NCBI GenBank assembly: GCA_026706025.1
Contig: JAPOZO010000087.1
Span: 15,522-79,521 of the forward strand
Length of the DNA: 64,000 bases
Source of the DNA: Candidatus Poribacteria bacterium
GTDB lineage: Bacteria; Poribacteria; WGA-4E; WGA-3G
Direction: 5' to 3'
The notes under the pieces are model-generated. The model did not search any database. It worked only from the letters and a program-made list of their open reading frames with translations, and had not been told where the DNA came from. Below, one piece after another: positions 18,176 through 26,458 of the stretch. A program made the translations under genes and the position numbers. Positions within the stretch are counted from its first letter, which is position 1, and the number at the start of each line of letters is the position of its first letter.

Positions 18176-18967
18176 ATGCCAAAAGATCTGTTTGAGGAAC
18201 TCGTTGATGTCATAGCGACACTGCGAAGCGAAAATGGATGTCCGTGGGATCGCGAGCAGACGCATGAATCGCTGAAATCTACACTCATTGAGGAAACCTA
18301 CGAGACCCTTGAAGCGATTGATACGGGTGATCCAAAGAAGTTGAAAGAAGAACTCGGTGATCTGCTTTTAAACATCATGCTTCAGGCACAGATTGCAGCC
18401 GAACACGAGGATTTTGACATCTACGGCGTAATTGAGACCTTAACAGAGAAACTTATACGGCGGCATCCGCATGTCTTTGGTAATGTGGATGTTGAGAATT
18501 CGGATGAGGTCGTGAGGAATTGGGAGGCGATCAAACGTCAAGAGGCGGGTTATGAGGATCGGAAATCCGTACTTGATGGGATTCCGAACGCACTCCCGAT
18601 GCTGCTCCGCGCACAGAAGATACAGAACCGCGCAGCACGTGTCGGTTTTGATTGGGATGAGCTGACCGATGTTGTTGCTAAGGTTGAGGAGGAACTTGAG
18701 GAAGTTAAAGTGAGTATCAGCACAGATGACCCAGAGGCAACAGCGATGGAACTCGGGGACCTGTTGTTTGCTATCGTGAATCTGTGTCGTTTTATGGAGA
18801 TTCAAGCGGAGGAGACATTGCGGCAGGCGAACCGAAAATTTATACAGCGTTTTAAATGGATGGAAGCAGAATTAGAACGCCGCGGCACGAATTTTGAAGC
18901 ACAAAACTTAGAAAGTTTAGACGCAATCTGGGAAGAAGCGAAAAAAGCCGAAGCCGACATCGATTGA
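18176..18967 (+). CDS. mazG: Nucleoside triphosphate pyrophosphohydrolase MazG (tandem MazG domains)
   Basis: It has CPWDREQTHESL, the EExxE/ELGDLL motif twice, and a length of 263 aa. Confidence 0.9.
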   Translation: MPKDLFEELVDVIATLRSENGCPWDREQTHESLKSTLIEETYETLEAIDTGDPKKLKEELGDLLLNIMLQAQIAAEHEDFDIYGVIETLTEKLIRRHPHVFGNVDVENSDEVVRNWEAIKRQEAGYEDRKSVLDGIPNALPMLLRAQKIQNRAARVGFDWDELTDVVAKVEEELEEVKVSISTDDPEATAMELGDLLFAIVNLCRFMEIQAEETLRQANRKFIQRFKWMEAELERRGTNFEAQNLESLDAIWEEAKKAEADID

Positions 18968-19019
18968 TTCTCTCTTCACGTAAATCTTTTGACTCGGACA
19001 AGAACGCAGGTGGAAGATA

Positions 19020-19805
19020 ATGGCGAAATCACTCTTGAATCTCTTGATACAAAAATGCGAGAGCCATCCCGACTATGGACGGTACACTGAACTCTTTAAC
19101 CGGTTGGATCCATCGGCACCGCCGCAGATAGAGCTTGTCCAGCGCGCTGCGCCCCCGATACTTATGCGCGGTAAGAAACTCGGCATTTTTTCTGGTTCCT
19201 TCAATCCGCTGACGCTTGCGCATACGCAGATGGTGGAGGATACTGTCGCTAAATACGAGTTAGATGAACTGCTCCTACTTCTTGCAAAAGCGAACGTAGA
19301 TAAATCGGTGTTCGGTTTACCCCTTGCTGCGCGACTCCTGACAGTCAGAAAATACGCGGAGAGTCAACAAGCGTTTTCTGTCGGTGTATCAAGCCACGGG
19401 AGGTATATTGATAAAGTCGTCGCCTTAAAATCTATATTCCCACCGGACACTGAATTCCATTTTATTGTCGGGTATGATACCCTCGTCAGGATCTTTGACA
19501 CAAAATACTACACCGATTTCCATGCTGAATTGCAAGAGGTGTTTGCGTCGGCTCGCTTTATCGTTGCGAACCGGGCAGAGGCGGATATTCAGACAATAGC
19601 GTCCTTCATGGCACAATCAAACATTCGCCAGTATGCTGCTTACGTTTCAAGCCTTCTGTTGCCAGATGTTTATGCCTATATGTCCTCAACGGAGGTACGT
19701 GAATTGTTAGCGCGCGGTGAAGCGATTGAACACCTTGTACCACCAAGTATCCTCACGATGCTTGATGTATGCCGATCTAACAATGAAAAAGCACACATCG
19801 GGTAA
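19020..19805 (+). CDS. Nicotinate/nicotinamide-nucleotide adenylyltransferase-like cytidylyltransferase
   Basis: GSFNPLTLAH is a variant of the (H/T)xGH motif. The SSTEVR motif lies near the C-terminus. There is an N-terminal extension of about 50 aa. Confidence 0.65.
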   Translation: MAKSLLNLLIQKCESHPDYGRYTELFNRLDPSAPPQIELVQRAAPPILMRGKKLGIFSGSFNPLTLAHTQMVEDTVAKYELDELLLLLAKANVDKSVFGLPLAARLLTVRKYAESQQAFSVGVSSHGRYIDKVVALKSIFPPDTEFHFIVGYDTLVRIFDTKYYTDFHAELQEVFASARFIVANRAEADIQTIASFMAQSNIRQYAAYVSSLLLPDVYAYMSSTEVRELLARGEAIEHLVPPSILTMLDVCRSNNEKAHIG

Positions 19806-19820
19806 AATTATCATTTTCTT

Positions 19821-19863
19821 CAGTGTCAAAACCCTGTCTTTCAAGGCAGGGATGTAGACACTG
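19821..19863 (+). terminator. Nested stem-loop downstream of the adenylyltransferase gene (possible terminator)
   Basis: The outer stem CAGTGTC/GACACTG encloses CCCTG...CAGGG and is followed by a T-rich tract (CCTATATTTATATT). Confidence 0.3.
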
Positions 19864-19875
19864 CCTATATTTATA

Positions 19876-19904
19876 TTGACAAAGTTTGCCAAAAATGTTA
19901 GAAT
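19876..19904 (+). promoter_or_regulatory. Strong sigma-70 promoter with no coding gene downstream
   Basis: TTGACA (19876-19881), a 17-nt spacer ending in TGt, then TAGAAT (19899-19904). Confidence 0.6.
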
Positions 19905-19910
19905 ACTTTT

Positions 19911-20228
19911 CGTGTTCGGCATTGGTTGTGATTGATGTGTTGTCGGAACGCTCGTCAATGAGACAATCACGTAAAAGCCTCACACGCCTCTATATTGACA
20001 AAACCCTTTCGGGTATCCGTTGCACGTTTAGGGAAAGACACTTACAGGTGCATCCCGTTAAAAATCACGTGTCACATAATTTAGGCTGACTCTATCAGAG
20101 TCAGAAGGTTGGGACATCAACCTTTGGAGTAGGAGATGTAAGACTCACAATCGTGAGCAATCTCTGTTGATACCACAATCTGCCCCGCGTAGGAGGACTT
20201 CAAGAATCCCCCTGCTTTAGCGGGGGGA
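19911..20228 (+). ncRNA. Candidate structured non-coding RNA (unclassified)
   Basis: It lies downstream of the promoter at 19876. There are four consecutive hairpins: 20086-20104 (7 bp), 20105-20124 (7 bp), 20144-20157 (5 bp) and 20207-20228 (9 bp, GC-rich). I accept no ORF here; the only track ORF (19886..20089) is rejected as spurious. Confidence 0.3.
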
Positions 20229-20342
20229 GTATGTCAAATCAATGTGTTTCCATTTTAATACATTTCTGTCAAACCTCCAGCCGAATTGTGTCAAGGAACA
20301 CACACTTTCCCAACTTTTATCCCCCATTTTGGCGTTTTGCAT

Positions 20343-20358
20343 TGGCATGATTCTTGCT
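20343..20358 (+). promoter_or_regulatory. Sigma-54 (-24/-12) promoter
   Basis: TGGCATGattcTTGCT has exact GG-N10-GC spacing and one mismatch to the consensus TGGCACG-N4-TTGCW. Confidence 0.5.
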
Positions 20359-20555
20359 ACTTCTGCAGCGTGATTCATGTTAATTCCTACTAATTCTGTT
20401 GTTAGTCGGAAAAATTTAAAGAAAACAAAACTGTAACCGATTAATAGATAGTTGCGTATATTGCAATAATTTCAGTAGCAGGTTGAAACCTGAAAAAGAC
20501 GTCAACAGGCTCACATAGGGCTCTAATATAAATCTTATGTTGGGGAGAATAGACG

Positions 20556-20708
20556 ATGTTCAACGGAGTAGAAATTATTATAGGCAGTTTAGGTGCCCTC
20601 ATCGGTATTGGTGGCGGCTATTTAATTCTTTCCGCTTTTTTCGCGGGCATCCGGCATATCACTAAACCTGGTGCCGTTGAAGTCAAAGAAACGACACCGG
20701 AAAAGTAG
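20556..20708 (+). CDS. 50-aa small hydrophobic glycine-zipper peptide
   Basis: GGGGAG lies 8 nt before the ATG. The translation is MFNGVEIIIGSLGALIGIGGGYLILSAFFAGIRHITKPGAVEVKETTPEK. It is below the ORF-track size cutoff. Confidence 0.4.
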   Translation: MFNGVEIIIGSLGALIGIGGGYLILSAFFAGIRHITKPGAVEVKETTPEK

Positions 20709-20740
20709 GCGTTTCTACGTGTAGACTACGTTGAAACGGC

Positions 20741-20769
20741 TTGACAATTGAAAATTTTTGTGTTATAAT
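20741..20769 (+). promoter_or_regulatory. Sigma-70 promoter of nfi
   Basis: TTGACA (20741-20746), a 17-nt spacer ending in TGt, then TATAAT (20764-20769). Confidence 0.65.
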
Positions 20770-20833
20770 GTTATGGAGCATCCGGCGGAGGATCGCCACC
20801 GTGTCTTGGAGCCTAAAATATTATAACACAAAA
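20756..20833. repeat. 14-bp perfect inverted repeat that duplicates the extended -10 box on the opposite strand
   Basis: TTTTGTGTTATAAT at 20756-20769 has its reverse complement at 20820-20833. Confidence 0.8.
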
Positions 20834-20866
20834 TGACGTTTACATTGAAAACGAACAGCGGCAGCT

Positions 20867-21541
20867 ATGAAATATCGCGCCCTCCATTCGTGGGATGTTA
20901 CACCTGAAGAAGCGCGGCAGCTCCAAAACGAACTCCGCTCTCAGGTGGTTCAAACAGACCGGTTTGGGACAATCAACACCGTTGCTGGGGTAGACATCGG
21001 GTTGAAAAAGGACACCGCACTCGCATCCGTGGTAGTCCTCAGCTTTCCCGAACTGCAGGTGGTAGATAGCGTGGTTACAGAGAGCCCTGTTCGTTTTCCT
21101 TATATACCGGGGTTGTTGTCCTTTCGAGAAATCCCACCGCTGCTAACAGCGTTTGCGGCGTTGCAAACAGAACCCGATCTGGTCATCGTAGACGGGCAGG
21201 GCATCGCACACCCGAGGCGATTCGGACTCGCATCGCACTTGGGGCTGATCTTGGATAAACCGACGATCGGTTGTGCAAAATCCCGGCTCTGGGGACAATA
21301 CGAAGAACCTGATTCAGAACAAGGTGCTTACACGTACCTCACAGCCAAAGAGGAGGTAATCGGTGCTGCAGTCCGCACGCGCGCGAACGTTCGGGTGGTG
21401 TATGTATCTATAGGGCACCGAATCTCCTTGGATTCAGCACGTGTGTGGGTGTTGGCATGTTGTCGAGGCTATCGTTTGCCCGAAACGACGCGTTATGCGC
21501 ACAACGCCGCATCCGGTAAACCCCCCAAAATACGCACATGA
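20867..21541 (+). CDS. nfi: Endonuclease V
   Basis: It has PYIPGLLSFREIP, DGQGIAHPRRFGLASHLG and GCAKSRLWG. Confidence 0.9.
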   Translation: MKYRALHSWDVTPEEARQLQNELRSQVVQTDRFGTINTVAGVDIGLKKDTALASVVVLSFPELQVVDSVVTESPVRFPYIPGLLSFREIPPLLTAFAALQTEPDLVIVDGQGIAHPRRFGLASHLGLILDKPTIGCAKSRLWGQYEEPDSEQGAYTYLTAKEEVIGAAVRTRANVRVVYVSIGHRISLDSARVWVLACCRGYRLPETTRYAHNAASGKPPKIRT

Positions 21542-22332
21542 ATAATAACAGTGAGCATCACTGGTCGTTTGACTATAATTATGGTGCGCAAAACCCCCAA
21601 TTTGTACAGGAATTGATTGGAACACTTGACCGGTGTTACACGACGGATACCGATGCGCGGGACACGCAAACAGGGCAGGCTCTCACGCATATCTATAATA
21701 TTCTGCCGAACTATTGGCGCGGTTATGCTGGAGGAGATGCTAAGGAGACGCTGAGCATCGGGACAGTTATTCTTGAACGCAGCAAGCAGGACGGTCTGTG
21801 GAACTATTCCGTCCAATATGAGAATACAACAAGCGGCGAGAACCTACGGATGCAATTCCGCTGTAGTGATGAACACTATCGTCCGCTCACAGGCAGTTGG
21901 CGCGTTGATGCCCGAAATAGTGGCAACGATGAATATTCCAAAGTGACGTGTGAAGGGTATCTTGTTGAAGATTCGGAGGTACGGCTTCGCGTTAGCGGAA
22001 CTGAGATCGTTGTTGGAACAGTGGACACAACTGCCAAACTGACGTGCAATTGGGCACTTTTCGACGTAATTCCCGCACTTGCGGAGACAATCCGAGTCTC
22101 AGGCAACGGCGTGAAACTCGCACTGCTTGAAGACTTGGAGCAGCTTAGACTAAAAAGCAGGCTCGGTTTCCTTGAGACAATACAGAAACCTTTGTCGCTT
22201 GATGGTTATTACCTTTACGGTACTGGACTTTTGCCTTCGTATTGGTGGCTTGATGCAGATGGGAGCATCGCCATCGCTTCTACCTTTTTTGAGACGTTGG
22301 TGCTGAAAGAGAAGATAGGAGGGAATACGTGA
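21538..22332 (+). CDS. Hypothetical protein, translationally coupled on both sides
   Basis: An ATGA overlap joins it to nfi, and a GTGA overlap joins it to the sulfatase. I recognised no motif. Confidence 0.55.
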   Translation: MNNNSEHHWSFDYNYGAQNPQFVQELIGTLDRCYTTDTDARDTQTGQALTHIYNILPNYWRGYAGGDAKETLSIGTVILERSKQDGLWNYSVQYENTTSGENLRMQFRCSDEHYRPLTGSWRVDARNSGNDEYSKVTCEGYLVEDSEVRLRVSGTEIVVGTVDTTAKLTCNWALFDVIPALAETIRVSGNGVKLALLEDLEQLRLKSRLGFLETIQKPLSLDGYYLYGTGLLPSYWWLDADGSIAIASTFFETLVLKEKIGGNT

Positions 22333-23759
22333 GCAAACGTCCGAATATTCTCTTTATCAATACCGACCAGCACTCGTGGGATGCGATCTCGGCATACGGA
22401 AACCCGTATCTTCAAACGCCTAATATTGATACGCTTCATAGGAATGGCACCTCCTTTCGTCAGTCATATTGTACGGATCCAGTGTGTGCCGCTGCGCGTT
22501 CGAGTTGGGCGACGGGATTATACACCTCCGAAACAGGTGTCCCTTTCAACGGTGGACATCTGCATCCAGAAATCCCCGATCTTGGTCAAGTGCTCAGCGA
22601 AGGCGGCTACAAAGCTTTCCACTGTGGCAAGTGGCATGTTCCGGGTCGGAATGTCCGTGAAAGTTTTCAGACGCTCTATTACGGGCGACGCAATATCGGT
22701 GCTGGCGGTGCAGCGTATTACGATTCAGCATCCACGCACGCTGTTGCCGATTTCTTGACGAACTACGATGGCGCAGAACCTTTTTATCTCCAAATTGGGT
22801 ATGTTGATCCGCATGATGTCTGCGAATATCTGCACAACCATGAGGAAAAACGTATCCCGAATCCGGTGGAACAGGGAATTGTTTCGGAAGATGCTTTGCC
22901 ACCACTCCCGGAAAACTTCGACTACGATACGCGGGAGACGCTGCTGCATCGGGTCTGTCGAAGGGTTGATGACGCACTTATCCACGCCGCTATTCTTAAA
23001 GGGGTACGCGATTGGGATGAACTTCAGTGGCGTTACTTGAGATGGAACTATTACCGGTTCATCGAAAAGGTTGATGCTGAGATTGGTCGAGTCCTGGCGT
23101 TGCTACGTGAAACATCTCTGCACCACAACACGCTCATTATCTTCAGTGCTGACCACGGTGAGGCGTGTGGCAGCCACCAGATGTTCCAGAAGTTCACGCT
23201 TTATGAAGAGAGCGTACGAGTCCCGTTCATCGTGGCGTGTTTGGGAGATGAGATTCCTATAGAGAAAGACCGGCTTGACGAAACGCACTTCGTTTCCGGT
23301 GTAGACCTATTCCCTACTGTTTGTGATTACGCTGGTATTGATACATCAGGAAGGCTACAGGGAACCAGTGTACGTCCGCTTGCTGAAGGGAAAGAGGTCC
23401 CATGGCACGATTCTGCTTACATAGAGAGCAATTACTGGGGACGCGCGATCGTCACCGAACAGTATAAATACGTTACGGAATATAAACCGAAGGCGGTGGA
23501 GGATTTCTTACCTCCCGGACCAGATGCTGCACAGTTCGGACTTGCGCAGCTGTTTGATCGGCACGATGATCCCGGAGAGATGCAAAATTTGGCTGAGGAC
23601 GAGGCTTACGATGAAGTCATCAAAATGTGCCAAGATAAACTGCTTGCCCAAGAAACCAAACTCCATCGGCAGGTGATGGCGCATCCAAGTCCGAAACGGA
23701 TAATATCAAATTGGGGTGACCGATTACGGTCATATTGGAGCATGATGGATAGGATATAG
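22329..23759 (+). CDS. Sulfatase (alkaline-phosphatase superfamily), cytoplasmic-looking
   Basis: It has NILFINTDQH, the formylglycine motif as C-A-A-A-R (the CxAxR variant), plus GKWH and SADHGE. I saw no signal peptide. Confidence 0.8.
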   Translation: MSKRPNILFINTDQHSWDAISAYGNPYLQTPNIDTLHRNGTSFRQSYCTDPVCAAARSSWATGLYTSETGVPFNGGHLHPEIPDLGQVLSEGGYKAFHCGKWHVPGRNVRESFQTLYYGRRNIGAGGAAYYDSASTHAVADFLTNYDGAEPFYLQIGYVDPHDVCEYLHNHEEKRIPNPVEQGIVSEDALPPLPENFDYDTRETLLHRVCRRVDDALIHAAILKGVRDWDELQWRYLRWNYYRFIEKVDAEIGRVLALLRETSLHHNTLIIFSADHGEACGSHQMFQKFTLYEESVRVPFIVACLGDEIPIEKDRLDETHFVSGVDLFPTVCDYAGIDTSGRLQGTSVRPLAEGKEVPWHDSAYIESNYWGRAIVTEQYKYVTEYKPKAVEDFLPPGPDAAQFGLAQLFDRHDDPGEMQNLAEDEAYDEVIKMCQDKLLAQETKLHRQVMAHPSPKRIISNWGDRLRSYWSMMDRI

Positions 23760-23958
23760 GAAATCAATTCGTTAACATAAATAATCTCTGTTCGTTTCCT
23801 TACCTTTGTCAGAAAACGGTTTCAATTTGATAAAAACGAGGATTGTGATAGTGACCTCTATATGTTCATGATATTATGGAAAAGAATCAGTTGAAACGCA
23901 TCGGAAACCATTTTTTGACGAAGGAAAAAAATGAGCAAAAACCCAAATATTTAAAAAA

Positions 23959-25134
23959 ATGAATATATTTTCAAAACGCTTAAATCGACTCCCACCCTAC
24001 ATGTTTGGTAAGCTGAAGCAGATAACACACGAACGTCGCCAGCAAGGTGTAGATATTATCGATTTGGGGATGGGGAACCCGAATCAACCGACACCGCAAC
24101 CTATTATTGATAAACTGACAGAAGCCGCGCAGGAGATGCGAAATCACCGCTACTCGGCATCGCGCGGTATCTACAATCTCCGTAGAGAAGTCAGTTGGCA
24201 TTATGAACGCCGATTCGGTGTTAACATTGATCCAAATGAGGAAGCAATTGCTGTCATCGGAACCAAAGAAGGACTTGGGCACCTCGCTTTAGCCATGATT
24301 GACGAAGGCGACTTAGCGATGGTGCCGAATCCAACGTTCCCGATTCATACTTATAGTGTTGTCCTTGCGGGTGGAAGCGTTGTGAGTATACCGCTCACTG
24401 AAGAGAACGATTTCATCCCTTCGCTGACCGAGATTACACGCGATATTTGGCCGAGACCGAAAATGTTGATTTTAAGTTTTCCGCATAACCCTACGGGAGC
24501 TGTCGTTGATCTTGGCTTCTTTGAGGAGATCGTCGCGTTCGCGAAACAACAGGAGATCGTTGTTGTCCATGATTTGGCTTATGCAGACATCGTTTTTGAT
24601 GGCTACAAAGCACCGAGTTTCCTGCAAGCGAAGGGCGCGAAGGATGTCGGTATTGAATTTATATCCCTATCCAAATCCTATAACATGGCAGGGTGGCGGT
24701 GTGGGTTTGCAGCCGGAAATAGAGATATTATTGAGGCTCTCGCTCGGATTAAAGGCTACTATGACTATGGTATTTTCGCACCGATTCAGGTCGCTGCAAT
24801 TATGGCACTCCGCACGCCAGAAGATACGGTGATGGAAAACGCTGCTATCTACCAGAAACGCCGCGATGTGCTTGTTGAAGGGCTAAACCGGATCGGATGG
24901 ACCGTGCCGAAACCGCAGGCTTCTATGTTCGTTTGGGCACCTATTCCTGAGGCGTGGCGGCATCTGAACTCTCTGGACTTCTCTATGAAACTCCTCAATG
25001 AAGCGGAGGTCTGTGTCTCTCCGGGTGCCGGGTTTGGGCATAACGGTGAAGGATATATCCGCATCGCGCTTGTGGAGAACGAAGATCGAATTCGTCAGGC
25101 AGTCCGTCAGATACGACGCGCGTTGTTTGGGTAA
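23959..25134 (+). CDS. Class I/II PLP-dependent aminotransferase (AlaC-like)
   Basis: The N-terminus is RLPPYMFGKL...GVDIIDLGMGNP, and the PLP-binding Lys lies in SLSKSYNMAGWRCGF. Confidence 0.8.
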   Translation: MNIFSKRLNRLPPYMFGKLKQITHERRQQGVDIIDLGMGNPNQPTPQPIIDKLTEAAQEMRNHRYSASRGIYNLRREVSWHYERRFGVNIDPNEEAIAVIGTKEGLGHLALAMIDEGDLAMVPNPTFPIHTYSVVLAGGSVVSIPLTEENDFIPSLTEITRDIWPRPKMLILSFPHNPTGAVVDLGFFEEIVAFAKQQEIVVVHDLAYADIVFDGYKAPSFLQAKGAKDVGIEFISLSKSYNMAGWRCGFAAGNRDIIEALARIKGYYDYGIFAPIQVAAIMALRTPEDTVMENAAIYQKRRDVLVEGLNRIGWTVPKPQASMFVWAPIPEAWRHLNSLDFSMKLLNEAEVCVSPGAGFGHNGEGYIRIALVENEDRIRQAVRQIRRALFG

Positions 25135-25313
25135 TCATGAAGGGTACCATATACCAATAAACCCCTTAATTTTTCGTATCCGCTCCCAGACATTCCTATT
25201 TTTTCCCAGAGTCATCCAGTTTTCCGTTTTTTGTCGATTTTAGAAGAAGCGTCGCAACCAGAAGGGTACTCCTACACGGAGACGTTTTACGCGAAAAATT
25301 GAAATTATGGGAC

Positions 25314-25328
25314 AATTGAATGGCTCTG
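25314..25328 (+). promoter_or_regulatory. 15-nt upstream box AATTGAATGGCTCTG, copy 1
   Basis: This is an exact 15-mer. It ends 19 nt before the -35 TTGACA at 25348. Confidence 0.6.
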
Positions 25329-25347
25329 ATTTTTTTTCTAAAAAGTC

Positions 25348-25376
25348 TTGACAAATTCTAATAGGTCGGGTATAAT
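25348..25376 (+). promoter_or_regulatory. Sigma-70 promoter
   Basis: TTGACA (25348-25353), a 17-nt spacer, then TATAAT (25371-25376). Confidence 0.65.
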
Positions 25377-25411
25377 AAAGACAGATTTTTATTCTAACAG
25401 AGGTGACTACC

Positions 25412-26140
25412 ATGCGAAAAATCGTTATTCTCTGTATTCTGATCATATCAGCACTGTTGTTATGTCAGATGAGTAATGCTAAGCTCCTTGTAGAAGACGA
25501 TTTTAAGGGTAAACTCAAAGATAAGTACTGGAAAGGGCAGAAGGAATCTTGGGATATCAAAAACGAGCACCTGGAGATACATCGCGTCGCTGGTGATGGA
25601 AACGGGGCTGAGGATTTTGGATATGGCATCATAGAATTTGAAAATTTTGGGCTTCGTCTTGATTTCTACCTTTTTTCGGATCCACAGCCGAGTAAGATGG
25701 AGCTCCTATTCCGGGCAAACGAAGATCTACATTTCTATCAGTTGATTATTACGCCGAGTGATGGATTTGGTCGCCCTAATTCCGCACGTTGGTACAAGCG
25801 AGAAGGCAATGATCGAGGCACATGGAACGAGTACATTGACTTCAGAGATGAATTTCCGATCCCCATTGAAACAAAAGTATGGTACACCCTTGCGCTGCTC
25901 GGCAGAGGTAGTGATTTTGAACTCTATATCAAGCGACAAGGCGAACTCAGATATCAAAAGGTTTCAGATTTAAGCGATGTCAAGAATCTGCATCCCAAAG
26001 GTGTCCTCGGTTTCCACACCAATCAGCTCCAACACTATTATATTGATAACCTTTACCTTTACGACAGTCCGAATGAGGTGAGTCTCGCTGTTGAGCCTCA
26101 CGGTAAACTCGCTGTGAAATGGGCAGAACTCAAGCAGTAG
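25412..26140 (+). CDS. Secreted ConA/LamG-like (DUF1080-like?) protein ending in the C-terminal motif KLAVKWAELKQ
   Basis: The signal peptide is MRKIVILCILIISALLLCQMSNA. AGAGG precedes the ATG at 25412. The beta-rich sequence has a W..G.W..K N-terminal pattern. Confidence 0.6.
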   Translation: MRKIVILCILIISALLLCQMSNAKLLVEDDFKGKLKDKYWKGQKESWDIKNEHLEIHRVAGDGNGAEDFGYGIIEFENFGLRLDFYLFSDPQPSKMELLFRANEDLHFYQLIITPSDGFGRPNSARWYKREGNDRGTWNEYIDFRDEFPIPIETKVWYTLALLGRGSDFELYIKRQGELRYQKVSDLSDVKNLHPKGVLGFHTNQLQHYYIDNLYLYDSPNEVSLAVEPHGKLAVKWAELKQ

Positions 26141-26225
26141 TTGGTCGAGATGTTAGACAAAGCCTATCTGTGAATCTTGGTGCAGCAGAGGCAACTTTTA
26201 ATCTTTACAATTTTCAAAAAAAGTA

Positions 26226-26255
26226 TTGACTTCATTTTGCCTTTTAAGGTATACT
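26226..26255 (+). promoter_or_regulatory. Sigma-70 promoter
   Basis: TTGACT (26226-26231), an 18-nt spacer, then TATACT (26250-26255). It leaves a 5' UTR of about 200 nt. Confidence 0.5.
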
Positions 26256-26458
26256 TTGCGCAAGTGAAGTGACATAAACGTCCTACCGGAACGATTATAT
26301 GCTCAGGGTAAGGTAGTGACAACCTGAGGTAAAATTGAATCCGGTCGCGAGTTGTTTTTCTGGCAGCTCCTTTGTCAATATCTGGGGTGGTGTTCTAATG
26401 TGCCATTCCAGCAATAAGTAACATACTCATGGCAACCCAAAAGGAGGTATTGCACATC

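Noticed and set aside
19886-20089. A 67-aa ORF in the ORF-poor region
   Set aside because: Its TTG start lies between the -35 and -10 of the promoter at 19876-19904, so it would not be on the transcript. There is no SD, and the composition looks non-protein-like.
26361-26376. Sigma-54-like TGGCAG-N5-TTGT in the 5' UTR of the gene at 26459
   Set aside because: The invariant -12 GC is GT here. A good sigma-70 promoter already exists at 26226.
26281-26458. TPP or other riboswitch in the roughly 200-nt 5' UTR of the secreted-protein gene
   Set aside because: It contains AACCTGA and a CTCAGG/CCTGAG stem but lacks the CUGAGA and other conserved TPP-aptamer elements. The downstream gene is not a cofactor or transport gene.
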